DNA of 64,000 bases from the IMG/VR virus record IMGVR_UViG_3300017917_001562, positions 44,582-108,581 of that record. One strand, given 5' to 3'. Positions within the stretch are counted from its first letter, which is position 1, and the number at the start of each line of letters is the position of its first letter. Made by a program: the position numbers and the translations under genes. This DNA is from a virus. Shown here in pieces: positions 26,595 to 36,928 of the stretch. The notes beneath the pieces are model-generated. The model did no database searches. It was given only the letters and a program-made list of their open reading frames with translations, and had not been told where the DNA came from.

Positions 26595-27642
26595 GCAATC
26601 GTCCTGCACTAAAAAAGTTGTCAGTTAAGTCCTGAGTAAGTTTGGCTACCTTGGGCAACAACTGTTTATAGTTGGTCATAGTGTGCCTAATCAAATCCAT
26701 TAGTTTAGATTTGTTTGCTATGTATGTAGGATAGTCTTTGGTCCAATCGCTGGGATATTTGAATTCGCTGTCATACATTTCTGTATAACTTAGTCTGTCG
26801 GGTACCAAAGGAACTGCATCAACAATAGCACCTTCATAACAACCAATGCCCAGTGTTTCCTGCAAACTACAACTAAACACAATTTTTGCTTGTCCAAGAA
26901 TATTATGATATTCTGTTTTGGTCAGTGTTTGATCCTGACAAACAATAAACTCATATTGTGGCATACTAGCTGCCAAGTCTCTAAAAATTTCAACTTGTTT
27001 TTCAGGAGCAATACGATGCGGAAATACAATTAAATCACGCTTGGCCATACCAACAAACGGAGCTAATGTATTTTGCATATACTCCATTGGCCAACCACTG
27101 CGTATAACTTTTTCTTTGTTATAAGAACGGTCTCCGAATGGAAGCAATAAGTTTTCACAAAACATGTCTATATGAAACTCTGTAGCAAAGTAGTTATAAT
27201 CAATAGCTTCGTAGAAACTCTTTTCGGCATGTCTAACCCAAGGAGCATCTCCGATTAAACGACCTAAAAAGTCTTGTGGATCATAACTGCCGGCGTGCCA
27301 TAATGCGTGAATCTTAACTTTAATATCAAGAAGCTCGCTCATGTATTTTAAGTTTATGATGCCAGGATGCCAAGCATCAGTAAAAAGAAAATGATCGCCA
27401 GGCCTAACTGCTCCGGAGCAAAATAAACGGCCCATTCCTTCAACTTGACTAGACTTATAGATATTAGTCCCACCAAAATTAAGAAAAGCGCCAGGAGTGG
27501 TTGAATCAGGAATGTCCTTAGGACCAGATAAAATTTGAACATGGTGCCCTGCCTTTCTTAGTAATTCAGGTACATGGGTTTTCCACTGCGCCGTATAGCG
27601 AGTTTCAACCGGTTCGAGATCAACTAAAAATACATTAGCCAT
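26578..27642 (-). CDS. GT-B glycosyltransferase
   Basis: HAGSYD, FPHRIAPEKQ, QETLGI..YEG, P...SY.E motifs. Confidence 0.8.
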   Translation of the reverse strand: MANVFLVDLEPVETRYTAQWKTHVPELLRKAGHHVQILSGPKDIPDSTTPGAFLNFGGTNIYKSSQVEGMGRLFCSGAVRPGDHFLFTDAWHPGIINLKYMSELLDIKVKIHALWHAGSYDPQDFLGRLIGDAPWVRHAEKSFYEAIDYNYFATEFHIDMFCENLLLPFGDRSYNKEKVIRSGWPMEYMQNTLAPFVGMAKRDLIVFPHRIAPEKQVEIFRDLAASMPQYEFIVCQDQTLTKTEYHNILGQAKIVFSCSLQETLGIGCYEGAIVDAVPLVPDRLSYTEMYDSEFKYPSDWTKDYPTYIANKSKLMDLIRHTMTNYKQLLPKVAKLTQDLTDNFFSAGRLLDNIR

Positions 27643-27830
27643 TATTGTTTTTCTGCACGACGGCGATCGCGCTCAAATCTACGATATTGATCACTGCGAT
27701 ACAGATCCCGTTCATTATATTTCAAACCATTGAATCTGCAATAATCCTTATATCCTTCTAGATCTTCAAAGATCTGTGTAACTTCAGGAGTCATGCGTAG
27801 ATATTTTTCAATGTATTTAGGCTGTGCCAT
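27642..27830 (-). CDS. small hypothetical phage protein
   Basis: IFEDLE.YKDYCRF.G..YNE.DLY; AAGGA RBS. Confidence 0.7.
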   Translation of the reverse strand: MAQPKYIEKYLRMTPEVTQIFEDLEGYKDYCRFNGLKYNERDLYRSDQYRRFERDRRRAEKQ

Positions 27831-27868
27831 TGTTTTTCCTTTAAAGTAAAGTAATTATAAAAAGAATT

Positions 27869-28780
27869 TTAAAAAGAGTCAAGGTTAAAGTCTGCCAAAT
27901 GTTTGACTACATTTTCATATGCTAACTCTGAATTAAATTTAATAGATGAGTTTTCAAAAAAAAGTTTTGATTCAAAGTAATTTGGTATAATTTTAACTTT
28001 ATCATATTGTAGTTTTTGTTGATTAGAACTAAATTGTTTCGTGATATATTCTGTAGTAGTGTGAAAAGTTGGAATCTTTAATATATATTTAGAAAACATA
28101 GCAGAATCTAAAGTTATTTTAATTTGATTTGCCCAACTATTAATTATCCAACTTTTGTCTATAGGTTCTACAATTTTTTCAAACACAACAGGTTTTTGGT
28201 CTGCATATTGATGGGAATATTTATAGTTAGTGCATACAGCAATCCAATTGCTGGTTAAACACTCCCATTGATTTTCTCGCCACAATAAAATATTTTTTGT
28301 TGATGTCAAAAAGTCACTATCTAATGTTTTAGATGATTCTTTCGCATCAATATTTTTTTGTCTAAGAACTTGTTGAAGATGTGTGTTGGCAGTTCTTCCT
28401 GTAGTTATAATAATAGTCTGATGTTGTTTTGTATCAAATTCTGTTAGGTCTGAAATTATTTCGTCAGACCAACTTAAGTTATGCAATACTGTTTGATTCA
28501 ACCATTGTTCTTTTGATGTTTTAACAACTTCAGGCATTAAATTGTTTAAGTCATCTTCGTAAGTAGATATATGGCGGATAATTTTAATATTATGGTTTCT
28601 TGCTTTTAGTAACAACTCGTCGGATGCATCTGCATGACAAATTTCCCACAAGCAACCTGTGTTAGGAGGAGTATTGCCCGCCAATATCCAATTTTCAGAA
28701 AATTTCAAATTCGGAAACTTTTCAATATAGTTTGCAACTATTTGTTTGTTTCCGTTATGAAATAAACAAATGCTTTGCAT
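27869..28780 (-). CDS. AT-rich hypothetical protein, possible sulfotransferase-like/P-loop domain
   Basis: IIITTGRTANT and L.R...E...S..IA patterns; weak. Confidence 0.5.
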   Translation of the reverse strand: MQSICLFHNGNKQIVANYIEKFPNLKFSENWILAGNTPPNTGCLWEICHADASDELLLKARNHNIKIIRHISTYEDDLNNLMPEVVKTSKEQWLNQTVLHNLSWSDEIISDLTEFDTKQHQTIIITTGRTANTHLQQVLRQKNIDAKESSKTLDSDFLTSTKNILLWRENQWECLTSNWIAVCTNYKYSHQYADQKPVVFEKIVEPIDKSWIINSWANQIKITLDSAMFSKYILKIPTFHTTTEYITKQFSSNQQKLQYDKVKIIPNYFESKLFFENSSIKFNSELAYENVVKHLADFNLDSF

Positions 28781-29232
28781 TAAACTTTGACAGTTAAATT
28801 AGCTCGGTGAGTTTCATATTTTATCAGTGCGCCGTTCTCACCATCTTCGGCTACTTCAATCCATACAGCTCTGTCAGGATATCTTTGTGCAATTTGATCA
28901 TACAGATCATCAGCAATCATTTCACAGCTCTTATAGTCCAAACTCAGAGTGGAATCGCGATACAGATTCTCCAGCCATCTTTTGAATTGGATGAATTCGA
29001 TGTCCCTGTCGTTATGCCACACATCGATCCACACCCTGAAATGGAAAATGTGACGATGAGGAACACCAAGAAACGAAACATCATATTCATCACCAGTAGC
29101 TAGTGCAGGGTCTGTGGCCGCTGCCGGGTATTTATGAATACCTTCCTTGCGAAAAGTTACCCAGATTTTTCGTTCAGCCTGATCTTTAATTCGTTGCCTT
29201 TGTTCTTGTAGTGCTTGTTGTCTTTGTTCCAT
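28780..29232 (-). CDS. QueD-paralogous T-fold protein, DpdL-like (putative CDG decarboxylase)
   Basis: LxxxHRHxF (LGVPHRHIF), SCEMIA, EDGENG; located in the deazaguanine cluster. Confidence 0.7.
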   Translation of the reverse strand: MEQRQQALQEQRQRIKDQAERKIWVTFRKEGIHKYPAAATDPALATGDEYDVSFLGVPHRHIFHFRVWIDVWHNDRDIEFIQFKRWLENLYRDSTLSLDYKSCEMIADDLYDQIAQRYPDRAVWIEVAEDGENGALIKYETHRANLTVKV

Positions 29233-29243
29233 GTTAATTCCTA

Positions 29244-29783
29244 TTATAAAGGTTGATCATTTTTGTACTGTGACCAGTCTGTAAATTTACTACGATCCAT
29301 TAGTGTATGCAAACTGTGCGACCATACACCTGGGTTAGTTGCTTTAAAATCTTTGTCATCTATTTTAAGCATTGTATTATAATTCCAAAGTTTTACATAA
29401 GGAATTGGCACTCTAATTTGCGGAATAAAATTATTATATTCGCAAAGACCACTTTCGTGAAATTCTTCAACTTGATTAATAGGAATATCAAGACTACACA
29501 GATAATCTTTATCAAGGAAAAATCGAATCATAGTCTCCCAATCATTGTGCTCTTTAGGAATACTAGGGTTATAACTATGATTAGCACCAAAGAAAATATG
29601 CTTAAAATGTTTTTTGATGTCGTTGTAAGCATTTTGATCGACAAGGATACTGTTAATTATATTAGTCGACTGAACTCCTACTACAAAGAGTGTGTTCATC
29701 CCATAAGCAGGAGTATGCTCTACTTCTCGACCAGTGAAGAAAACTGCACGGTCTGATGTACCAGATATATAATCTCTTTTCAT
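29244..29783 (-). CDS. conserved hypothetical protein of the modification cluster
   Basis: FFTG.EVEHTP..G..TLFVVG, HIFFGANHS, KIDD.DF.ATNPGVW. Confidence 0.7.
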   Translation of the reverse strand: MKRDYISGTSDRAVFFTGREVEHTPAYGMNTLFVVGVQSTNIINSILVDQNAYNDIKKHFKHIFFGANHSYNPSIPKEHNDWETMIRFFLDKDYLCSLDIPINQVEEFHESGLCEYNNFIPQIRVPIPYVKLWNYNTMLKIDDKDFKATNPGVWSHSLHTLMDRSKFTDWSQYKNDQPL

Positions 29784-30106
29784 TCAGATTCTTTCGTTTT
29801 AAGAAAGCTAATTATTAGCCATGCAACTAATCCAATATAGGGAAAAAGTGTTGTCGCCGTCCATGCAGTATTAATGCCAGCATCTCTGCATCGTTTTATA
29901 ACTGACATTAAGTTACCCCAAAACATTAGCACAAACCCTACACCCATAATAAACAATGTTTTAGGACTGCCTTCTCCAGCAGTGCCTGCAAAAAATAGTG
30001 ACACTGCAAATATAGCAAAAAATCCAATCAACAACATTAACTGCGTATGCCAAAACTCTTTGATTGACAGTTTGCCCTTGGGTAAAAAAATATTTAGATA
30101 ATTCAT
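29780..30106 (-). CDS. DUF805-like membrane protein
   Basis: F.PKG.L...EFW, KRCRDAG, three hydrophobic helices. Confidence 0.7.
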   Translation of the reverse strand: MNYLNIFLPKGKLSIKEFWHTQLMLLIGFFAIFAVSLFFAGTAGEGSPKTLFIMGVGFVLMFWGNLMSVIKRCRDAGINTAWTATTLFPYIGLVAWLIISFLKTKESE

Positions 30107-30387
30107 TTGTCCAGCTTGGGTTCGATTTTAGGTGGAGGATCTTCGCGATCTCTAATCGCCATCATTTTTTGATATTCAGCAAATTCTTCTTCAGTCATAA
30201 AACGCCTAGGTTTTTTATCGTCATAGGCTTCTTTGATAACATTAGGAGCCCAATATCCGATATTAACGGGTCGCCAATACTTGTAAAAAATGTAGTTCAA
30301 GAATACTAATAGTACACCAATTACAGCCAAAGCCAAACTGATTAAAATTGAACCAATAAAAAAGGTTGCATAGCCTTCTAAGGTCAT
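30103..30387 (-). CDS. single-TM membrane protein
   Basis: N-terminal hydrophobic helix, YKYWRPV. Confidence 0.65.
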   Translation of the reverse strand: MTLEGYATFFIGSILISLALAVIGVLLVFLNYIFYKYWRPVNIGYWAPNVIKEAYDDKKPRRFMTEEEFAEYQKMMAIRDREDPPPKIEPKLDK

Positions 30388-30420
30388 AGTGTCTTTCGTT
30401 TGTTATGTGTTATTATATTA

Positions 30421-30630
30421 TCAGTGATCGTCAAAGTCAACTACTTCGTGATCATGTTGCCACTGCAATCGTTCCAAACGACGAATTTCGTCTTTAAATT
30501 GGAGCTTTTGCTTTTTCCATTCTACCACTTGCGTATGTTCTGCGCCGGGGTGTTGCTTTTCGTGATTGGCAATTTTCTCATCCAAAACGCGATGCATTTC
30601 TTTCAAATGTTTGATTCTATTTTCATACAT
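30421..30630 (-). CDS. DUF465/YdcH-like coiled-coil protein
   Basis: L.E.H..LD..I...KKQKL..KDEI. Confidence 0.75.
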   Translation of the reverse strand: MYENRIKHLKEMHRVLDEKIANHEKQHPGAEHTQVVEWKKQKLQFKDEIRRLERLQWQHDHEVVDFDDH

Positions 30631-32203
30631 TTTGTGCCTCCAGTTCATCTAGTTTTGCTTCATTTAGACCTGAATCGTCTATATGATGCTCTTCAGTTTC
30701 TTCAACTTCAAACAATGTGTTAAACATGGTGTTGGCGTTAACAGTTTTCTTACCTGTATAACCGCGAGTACCAACAATACTTAGCCAATATCTGTTGTAA
30801 TGTTCTACTAGCTGTTCTGCCTTGCCCCTATCCGAAGTAGCAAAAATGTCGTTAACAATATCTCTAAAGTATGTGCGGTCATACAGTCTAGTATTACGGC
30901 GATCTGTACTGGTAGCTACTAACATATCTGGATATAGACCAGCATCACACTGTCTATTAGCTTCTTGAACTGCATGAATGTGTGTCCATACATTATGACC
31001 CATTTGTAGCGTATAGCTAAAACTGTCCCACGAAGTTTTGCCTTCTTTACCTATTTTATTTAGGTCGCCGGGCTTGTAGTAACAAACATCGTTGATTTTT
31101 AAACGCTCACTGACGGGACTTTCTAAGAAACTGTCAAAGATTTTATCCTGCAGAACAGCGTCCCTAAATGGCCTGGTATCTGTAGAATACTTCTTGTTAT
31201 CAACACTGGGTTGCATTTGATAACTCCACTTGGCACGATCTGGAGTAACTACATCATAGTAGATTTGTCCGTTGGCAGTTGCTAGGAAAGGACTGGCACA
31301 ATCAAAACTGATAGTAAAGTTTTCGTTATGATATCTACGAACTGCTCGTTGGATGTCTGTTAATAACAATGCCCATTCTAGTTTACTGGTACCAAGAAAA
31401 TGCATCCAATCATGTAGCCCTGGTTCTAATAATCCGTCGAACCTTAAGGCCACAATTCTTTTTAAGGTTAAATGTACATCACACATGTTCTGGCCGCCCA
31501 TAGCCCAACCATTAAAGTGATCGTTGGGATATTGTTTTGGGTCACAGTATTTTTTCATTTGATCATACCAAATGTCTGCTTCAGTATGATTTTCACCTTG
31601 TAAAACATTTAAGAATTTACACTTACCTGTACGATTACGCATAAAGTAATCGTTGTTAATATAAGTGCCTTCTACTGCTTCTGCAAAAGTGGTAATACCA
31701 GTGGCTTTTTGTCCTGCGGCACTACGAGCAACCCACGCAGGAATATCAAGAATCATGCCCCGATCCATGTAAGCATCCATCCACTTAAGAACTTGCTCAC
31801 GCTTCTTTTGTGCTTTGGGACAATTGGGATCTTTCCAATTACCTTCCCATACACCCTTACCAATTTGGAATCCGCCACTATCTCCTAATACAAAACTATT
31901 TGGATCACGATTACGAACCATGTCCTCTTTGGCGTCAAACTTGTTTGTATCTAAGTTAGCATGGCCAGCACTGTACAGTGCCCACTTATATGGAAAGTAC
32001 GCTTCGTTAGGATTAAGCCAGTTAAGGCCTTCCATGCCACGATCAAACAGTTTAGGCATACGATTTGCATCAATATAGCTTGGATCGTGTCGTTGCTTGC
32101 CTACATAGGTAGCATAGAAACCACTGAGTGCCGGCAAAAAGACTGCCCATTGACTTTGCCCGTCTTTACCGAGTTGTTTCTCTGTCAGATTATCTCTTTT
32201 CAT
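30623..32203 (-). CDS. tRNA-guanine transglycosylase-like protein (DpdA-type deazaguanine DNA insertase candidate)
   Basis: TGT motifs DSGGFQ, MILD.P, VLQG, GWAMGG, HFLG, SFDCASP. Confidence 0.8.
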   Translation of the reverse strand: MKRDNLTEKQLGKDGQSQWAVFLPALSGFYATYVGKQRHDPSYIDANRMPKLFDRGMEGLNWLNPNEAYFPYKWALYSAGHANLDTNKFDAKEDMVRNRDPNSFVLGDSGGFQIGKGVWEGNWKDPNCPKAQKKREQVLKWMDAYMDRGMILDIPAWVARSAAGQKATGITTFAEAVEGTYINNDYFMRNRTGKCKFLNVLQGENHTEADIWYDQMKKYCDPKQYPNDHFNGWAMGGQNMCDVHLTLKRIVALRFDGLLEPGLHDWMHFLGTSKLEWALLLTDIQRAVRRYHNENFTISFDCASPFLATANGQIYYDVVTPDRAKWSYQMQPSVDNKKYSTDTRPFRDAVLQDKIFDSFLESPVSERLKINDVCYYKPGDLNKIGKEGKTSWDSFSYTLQMGHNVWTHIHAVQEANRQCDAGLYPDMLVATSTDRRNTRLYDRTYFRDIVNDIFATSDRGKAEQLVEHYNRYWLSIVGTRGYTGKKTVNANTMFNTLFEVEETEEHHIDDSGLNEAKLDELEAQNV

Positions 32204-32218
32204 TGCGTTATCTACATA

Positions 32219-32950
32219 TTACTTAGTCTGTGCTGGAAGAATATAGTTGTATTCGGCAATGCCACTGTCTACGGTAATCATTGCTGCACCTTCATCACTG
32301 ATTTTAAATGTCTTGTCTCCAGGCAAGCTCAAAATGCTGATAACTACACCAACAGGCCAAGCCCAAGATTTAGTTAGTTTACCACTTACACCTTGTGCAA
32401 ACACAAAATTACCTGCGTGACTGCTATGGTCACCAAAGTAAAACTTCAAATCGCCATTTTCAGTTTTGGCAATAAAGTTATTTTCTTCACTGTTGGCACT
32501 GGCCTGAAACTTCAAACGCTGAATGTTTGCGGCCGCTGGAACAATGTCCACATTCCAGTTAACTGCTTTCATTTTAACAGTCTTAAGTTTGTCATTGACA
32601 ATTTCAGCGGCCATAAAACGATAGTCGTTTTTAAAGTCGCCGGCTTTGTTTTCAAAGTGTACTCCTACTGGTACAGACTCGCCTTCTTTGTCTTGACGAT
32701 TAACGGTAATAGCTGCTTCTTCTTTGTATTCGGGAATATTAAGAATGGTATTGAGTTTGCCCAAGTTAGGCATACCAAAAGTGCCTACAAATTCTCCTAC
32801 AGTGCCTTTGAATTTAGCCTGTAGAATAACACTGCGGTCTTCAGCAATTGCTTCAAGTTTAGTTTCTGTGTCACTGCCTACAATTTTTACTAGGTCAATA
32901 ACGCCTAAGCCATGAGTATGTTGTACGATGTCTAATAGATGGTCTTTCAT
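32219..32950 (-). CDS. probable sliding clamp (gp45/PCNA-like)
   Basis: 243 aa, two-domain beta-rich pattern ending YNYILPA; near DNA polymerase; clamp loader present in the window. Confidence 0.6.
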   Translation of the reverse strand: MKDHLLDIVQHTHGLGVIDLVKIVGSDTETKLEAIAEDRSVILQAKFKGTVGEFVGTFGMPNLGKLNTILNIPEYKEEAAITVNRQDKEGESVPVGVHFENKAGDFKNDYRFMAAEIVNDKLKTVKMKAVNWNVDIVPAAANIQRLKFQASANSEENNFIAKTENGDLKFYFGDHSSHAGNFVFAQGVSGKLTKSWAWPVGVVISILSLPGDKTFKISDEGAAMITVDSGIAEYNYILPAQTK

Positions 32951-32995
32951 ATTTTCTCCAATGATTGTTAATTTTATATGGTTTATTTAGGTTTG

Positions 32996-33952
32996 TCAAG
33001 CATTAACTGCACAAATTTTACCCAATGCTTGATGTCGCTTAGTAGTTGTTAGTATACCGGGTTTTTTGATTTCTACCCAGTGTACATTAGTGCTTGTAGA
33101 ACGGTATTGAATAATCTCAAAACCTAGTTTGTCGAAGATACTGTTTAATAATTTTTGAGTAAGATAGCTTTTGTAGCCAGACTCTGCAGCTTCTGCACAC
33201 TGTACTACATCGCAGTTATTGTAACTAAACATCATTACACCCCCAGGTCTTAGTAAATCATAACACTGTTTGAGAGTATGTTTAGTTTCTTTAAAAGGCC
33301 AAAAGTTTACAACATTCCAAGCAAATATAAAACCAAATTGGCCTTGTGGTAGCGCACTATAATCAAATTCTTTAACCCCGTGGGTACCGACAAAGTAAGG
33401 TCTAACTCGTCTTCTATAAATTTCATTAAATTTACTCAAAGTTGAATCTATAAATTCTTGATGTCTATCCACAATATATAATGGATCACCTGCAACTAAA
33501 CTTTCGGTCCATTCACCATCCCCTGGCCCTATTTCTAAAGTAGGATATTGCCAACTAGTGTAAGATCTTACAACTGTGCCAATCTCTCCCCGCTCGTCAC
33601 GTGATAAATCTAAAACACGATCAGATCTTTCTACAATGTAATTACTCAAACACGGAACCATTGGATTTTTATATGTGTAATCCAATTCCATCATTGTAGC
33701 TGTAACTTCAGAAATTTCGTTATCTATTTCTTTGATTAACTGTAAAATTTGCTCTTGTTGATTTTCAATTTGGTTTTCTATTAGACTTAGAAATTTTATA
33801 ATTTCATTTAATGATGATTTATAATTTTCGTGCAATTGTAAATTAAGATTTTTACTAACAGCTGCATCTACACTATTAAGTTCGTGATTTAATGCACCAA
33901 ATGAAATATTTTGCAAATTATTTCTTAAATTAATTAATTCACTTAATTTCAT
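32996..33952 (-). CDS. class I SAM-dependent methyltransferase with N-terminal coiled coil
   Basis: LEIGPGDG, YIVD, LLRPGG. Confidence 0.8.
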   Translation of the reverse strand: MKLSELINLRNNLQNISFGALNHELNSVDAAVSKNLNLQLHENYKSSLNEIIKFLSLIENQIENQQEQILQLIKEIDNEISEVTATMMELDYTYKNPMVPCLSNYIVERSDRVLDLSRDERGEIGTVVRSYTSWQYPTLEIGPGDGEWTESLVAGDPLYIVDRHQEFIDSTLSKFNEIYRRRVRPYFVGTHGVKEFDYSALPQGQFGFIFAWNVVNFWPFKETKHTLKQCYDLLRPGGVMMFSYNNCDVVQCAEAAESGYKSYLTQKLLNSIFDKLGFEIIQYRSTSTNVHWVEIKKPGILTTTKRHQALGKICAVNA

Positions 33953-33960
33953 TTGTTATT

Positions 33961-36624
33961 TCACTCAAAGCTAAACAGTGTTGTAAAAGTAGATCTAATG
34001 TCAGTGGCTTCGCCTAAGTTCCATTCCAACACACCCAACAAGTTATCTATCTTTTGGTCAACAATGGTATCTTCCATGTTGTTGTCATCAAATGGCAAGT
34101 CTTTAAACCACTGCGGAATGTGTGTTTCATCTGTAGGATATGCTACGCTGGTATAACCTAAAGGATTATCTTTGACTTTACAAACAATAACTTTCATACC
34201 ATCAGTGATAGACAAACTGTAGTTGTCACTGTGCATACGACGCAGGTTGTTCCAGTTCATGGCTGCACGAACATGTCCTGGCATGTTAGCTTTGCCTAGT
34301 CTTACTTCTTCTGCGGTATACTTGGTTAAGTTATTAACACGCTTGGGTGTACCTTTCTCCCACGGCGGCCGCTCTTGGAACTGATATTTAAATTCTTTAA
34401 TTTTTTCTACAACGGTGTCACGATCAATGCCAGTTAGTACATCCAATAAAATTTCACTTAAAAAGTCTTGTACAATCTTTGGTGTATCACTGCGCTTAAG
34501 ATCTAGGCCCATAGCCTTAACTTTACCTGGCTTGCCGTTAACATCCTGTCGCTTGCCTTCTTTATCATAGATAAGAACAGCATAACGCTTTTTCTTAATA
34601 AACAGGCCTTTAGTAGCAATAAGTTCACGGCCACCTTTAATGATAGCACCGTTTTCTCGGGGACAATGACAGGCTCGTTCCATAAATGCAGGAAAGCTTT
34701 CATTGACTTGATCTGCTATGTTGTCATAGACCTGTATGGCAATGTCTTTGTTCCATTCCATACGACCTGCTTCTACATCTGCTCTAACAGCAGGCCACGC
34801 ACTGAAATAAACACTGTCAGTGTCACCGTATATGATTGCATCCCCTACATGGTCATACTTGCCTGTAATTGCTTCATTGACAAAACTGTCCATGTGTTTA
34901 GCAATAGTTCTACCAGTTAGAGTTGTACTTTGACCAATACGCTGATCAAAGAATCTACAGCCTGGATTTAAAATAGCACCATACAAACTGTTCAAGTTAA
35001 TTTTCTTAACTAACTGTCGTTTGTCCCAATATTCTTGATCTTCGGGAGTTGTGGCTTCTTTTAGTTTAGCCTGCATTTGTTTTCGTTCAGCATACCAACG
35101 CTCCAACAAACCTGGCACAATACCTTTCCGTTCGTAAGTAAAGATAGTACCATTGGCACTTAATGTCCATGGTTTATTGCTGTCAAAGATAATGCGCCAA
35201 ACATCTGCTGCACTGACAATGTCACTGGTACCATCCTGTTCCCAGTCTATGGTAATTTCTACACTGGGATCACCACGCATCACTGCTTCATATTCAAGAC
35301 TACCAAACAAACCTTCCCACGCAGCCGCAAAGCTGTCTCCGGAGGCAATTTTATCTTGAATATACTTTTCAGTCATTATAGGTCTTAATTGACCTACGAT
35401 TGTTTCCGGTCCCATGTTAAGGGCTCGAATAGCCGAGGGATAGAGCGAGTTGATGTCAATGGCGCCGATGTACTCGTGCATACCTCTTTTGGGGTAAGCA
35501 ACATAGGCACCTGCTGCCTGCGTTTCTCCATCTTCTTCTCTACCTTTCCTGTTAGGTACGACCAATCCTTGCCTGTGTGCTTCATTGATAATTGCCTGTT
35601 CTGTAGTTGCTACGGCACCCAATGTTGTCTGCAATAACACCGTGTTATCGTGAGCAATGGTATTTGCCAAATCTAAGAAACGAAGTTTCTTATCCAGTTT
35701 CGCTATCAAGCGAGTATCTTGTCTGTTATACACTAAAAACTTTTCAAAGTCTTTGTTGTATAATTGATCTAGTGTACCTTCATAAGGTGTCTTTCTTTCG
35801 TCAAGTTCGTATTCGCCAATGGCATCCAAACTATAACTATGCCGTTCTTCGTATGTATATTTGCGATACAACTGCATATAGTCCATATGCACACGACCAA
35901 TTAAGTCAAAGGTTGTATTAACAGCACCAAATCGTTCAAACTCTCGTTGCTTGGGAAACTGACCCCACAAACACATACGGCGTGTATCGTCTTTACTCAG
36001 CACACGAGTAATACGGCCAATGGTATATGGAATGTCATAGCCTTCACTGTTCCAACCCGTTAAAATGTCTGCGTCATCGATCAAGTTTAAGAATGTGTCC
36101 AGCATATCCTCTTCACGGTCGAAGATATAACAGTTATCAAACTTAGCACAGATTTCTTCAGCAGTGGCCCAGCTCATTGATTTGGGAGGAATGGCCAGCG
36201 TGACTAATTTGTCTAACCAATCTAAATAAACAGATATAGCGGTAATGTTATTGAATGGATCAGTTGTTGGTGCAAAGCCTCGTTCAGGGTCAAAGTTTGC
36301 TTCAATGTCAAAAAACGCTACATTTAGTTTAGGAGGCTCAGCACCTAAATAGTTTTCTTCAAGACACCTGAATACAGGCTTAAAGTCACTTTCCCAAAGC
36401 CTTTTACCGCTTTGTACTCTAAGTTCTTTTTGGAATTCTTTGCCGTTGCGTGTGGCAAATCTAGTTACCGGAGTACCGTAGATGGTACGATGTTTACCTC
36501 GGGGGTCATCATAATAAAACACATAGTTAGCGGGATATTCTTGGTACTGTCTTTGACCGTTTATCCGTTCAACTACATGGATTCTATCACGCTGTTTGTC
36601 AAATAATGCGTCAATGTAGGACAT
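33961..36624 (-). CDS. family B DNA polymerase
   Basis: ExoI FFDIE, ExoII GWNSEGYD, ExoIII YNRQD, DINSLYPS, KINLNSLYG, YGDTDS, KKRY. Confidence 0.97.
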   Translation of the reverse strand: MSYIDALFDKQRDRIHVVERINGQRQYQEYPANYVFYYDDPRGKHRTIYGTPVTRFATRNGKEFQKELRVQSGKRLWESDFKPVFRCLEENYLGAEPPKLNVAFFDIEANFDPERGFAPTTDPFNNITAISVYLDWLDKLVTLAIPPKSMSWATAEEICAKFDNCYIFDREEDMLDTFLNLIDDADILTGWNSEGYDIPYTIGRITRVLSKDDTRRMCLWGQFPKQREFERFGAVNTTFDLIGRVHMDYMQLYRKYTYEERHSYSLDAIGEYELDERKTPYEGTLDQLYNKDFEKFLVYNRQDTRLIAKLDKKLRFLDLANTIAHDNTVLLQTTLGAVATTEQAIINEAHRQGLVVPNRKGREEDGETQAAGAYVAYPKRGMHEYIGAIDINSLYPSAIRALNMGPETIVGQLRPIMTEKYIQDKIASGDSFAAAWEGLFGSLEYEAVMRGDPSVEITIDWEQDGTSDIVSAADVWRIIFDSNKPWTLSANGTIFTYERKGIVPGLLERWYAERKQMQAKLKEATTPEDQEYWDKRQLVKKINLNSLYGAILNPGCRFFDQRIGQSTTLTGRTIAKHMDSFVNEAITGKYDHVGDAIIYGDTDSVYFSAWPAVRADVEAGRMEWNKDIAIQVYDNIADQVNESFPAFMERACHCPRENGAIIKGGRELIATKGLFIKKKRYAVLIYDKEGKRQDVNGKPGKVKAMGLDLKRSDTPKIVQDFLSEILLDVLTGIDRDTVVEKIKEFKYQFQERPPWEKGTPKRVNNLTKYTAEEVRLGKANMPGHVRAAMNWNNLRRMHSDNYSLSITDGMKVIVCKVKDNPLGYTSVAYPTDETHIPQWFKDLPFDDNNMEDTIVDQKIDNLLGVLEWNLGEATDIRSTFTTLFSFE

Positions 36625-36928
36625 AAGTTTGTAATATTAACTTAATTAGGCCAGTACTGTCAATGGTTGCTAACAATACATAATTGCCAAATATACCAAA
36701 ACTACCGCGGCTGTAAGCACAGCCTGCACTGATTGTACAACCAATAATAAAGGCCGCATAAAGTGGGATAAATGGTAAGTTGGGAACTGTGATAGCATAG
36801 GTAAGACTGCAACCAATGCTGATTGCCCATGCTATCATTTCAAACACAAATCTTACTTTATGACTGCGCCAATCATTAACAATAAATTCTTTGGCACCAG
36901 CCCACCAGCTTTTAACGCTTTCGGTCAA
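36611..36928 (-). CDS. small membrane protein
   Basis: three hydrophobic segments. Confidence 0.65.
   Translation of the reverse strand: MTESVKSWWAGAKEFIVNDWRSHKVRFVFEMIAWAISIGCSLTYAITVPNLPFIPLYAAFIIGCTISAGCAYSRGSFGIFGNYVLLATIDSTGLIKLILQTYVLH

Noticed and set aside
33961-36624. Intron or intein in the DNA polymerase
   Set aside because: The ORF is continuous at normal PolB length with all motifs in order and no intein-like termini.
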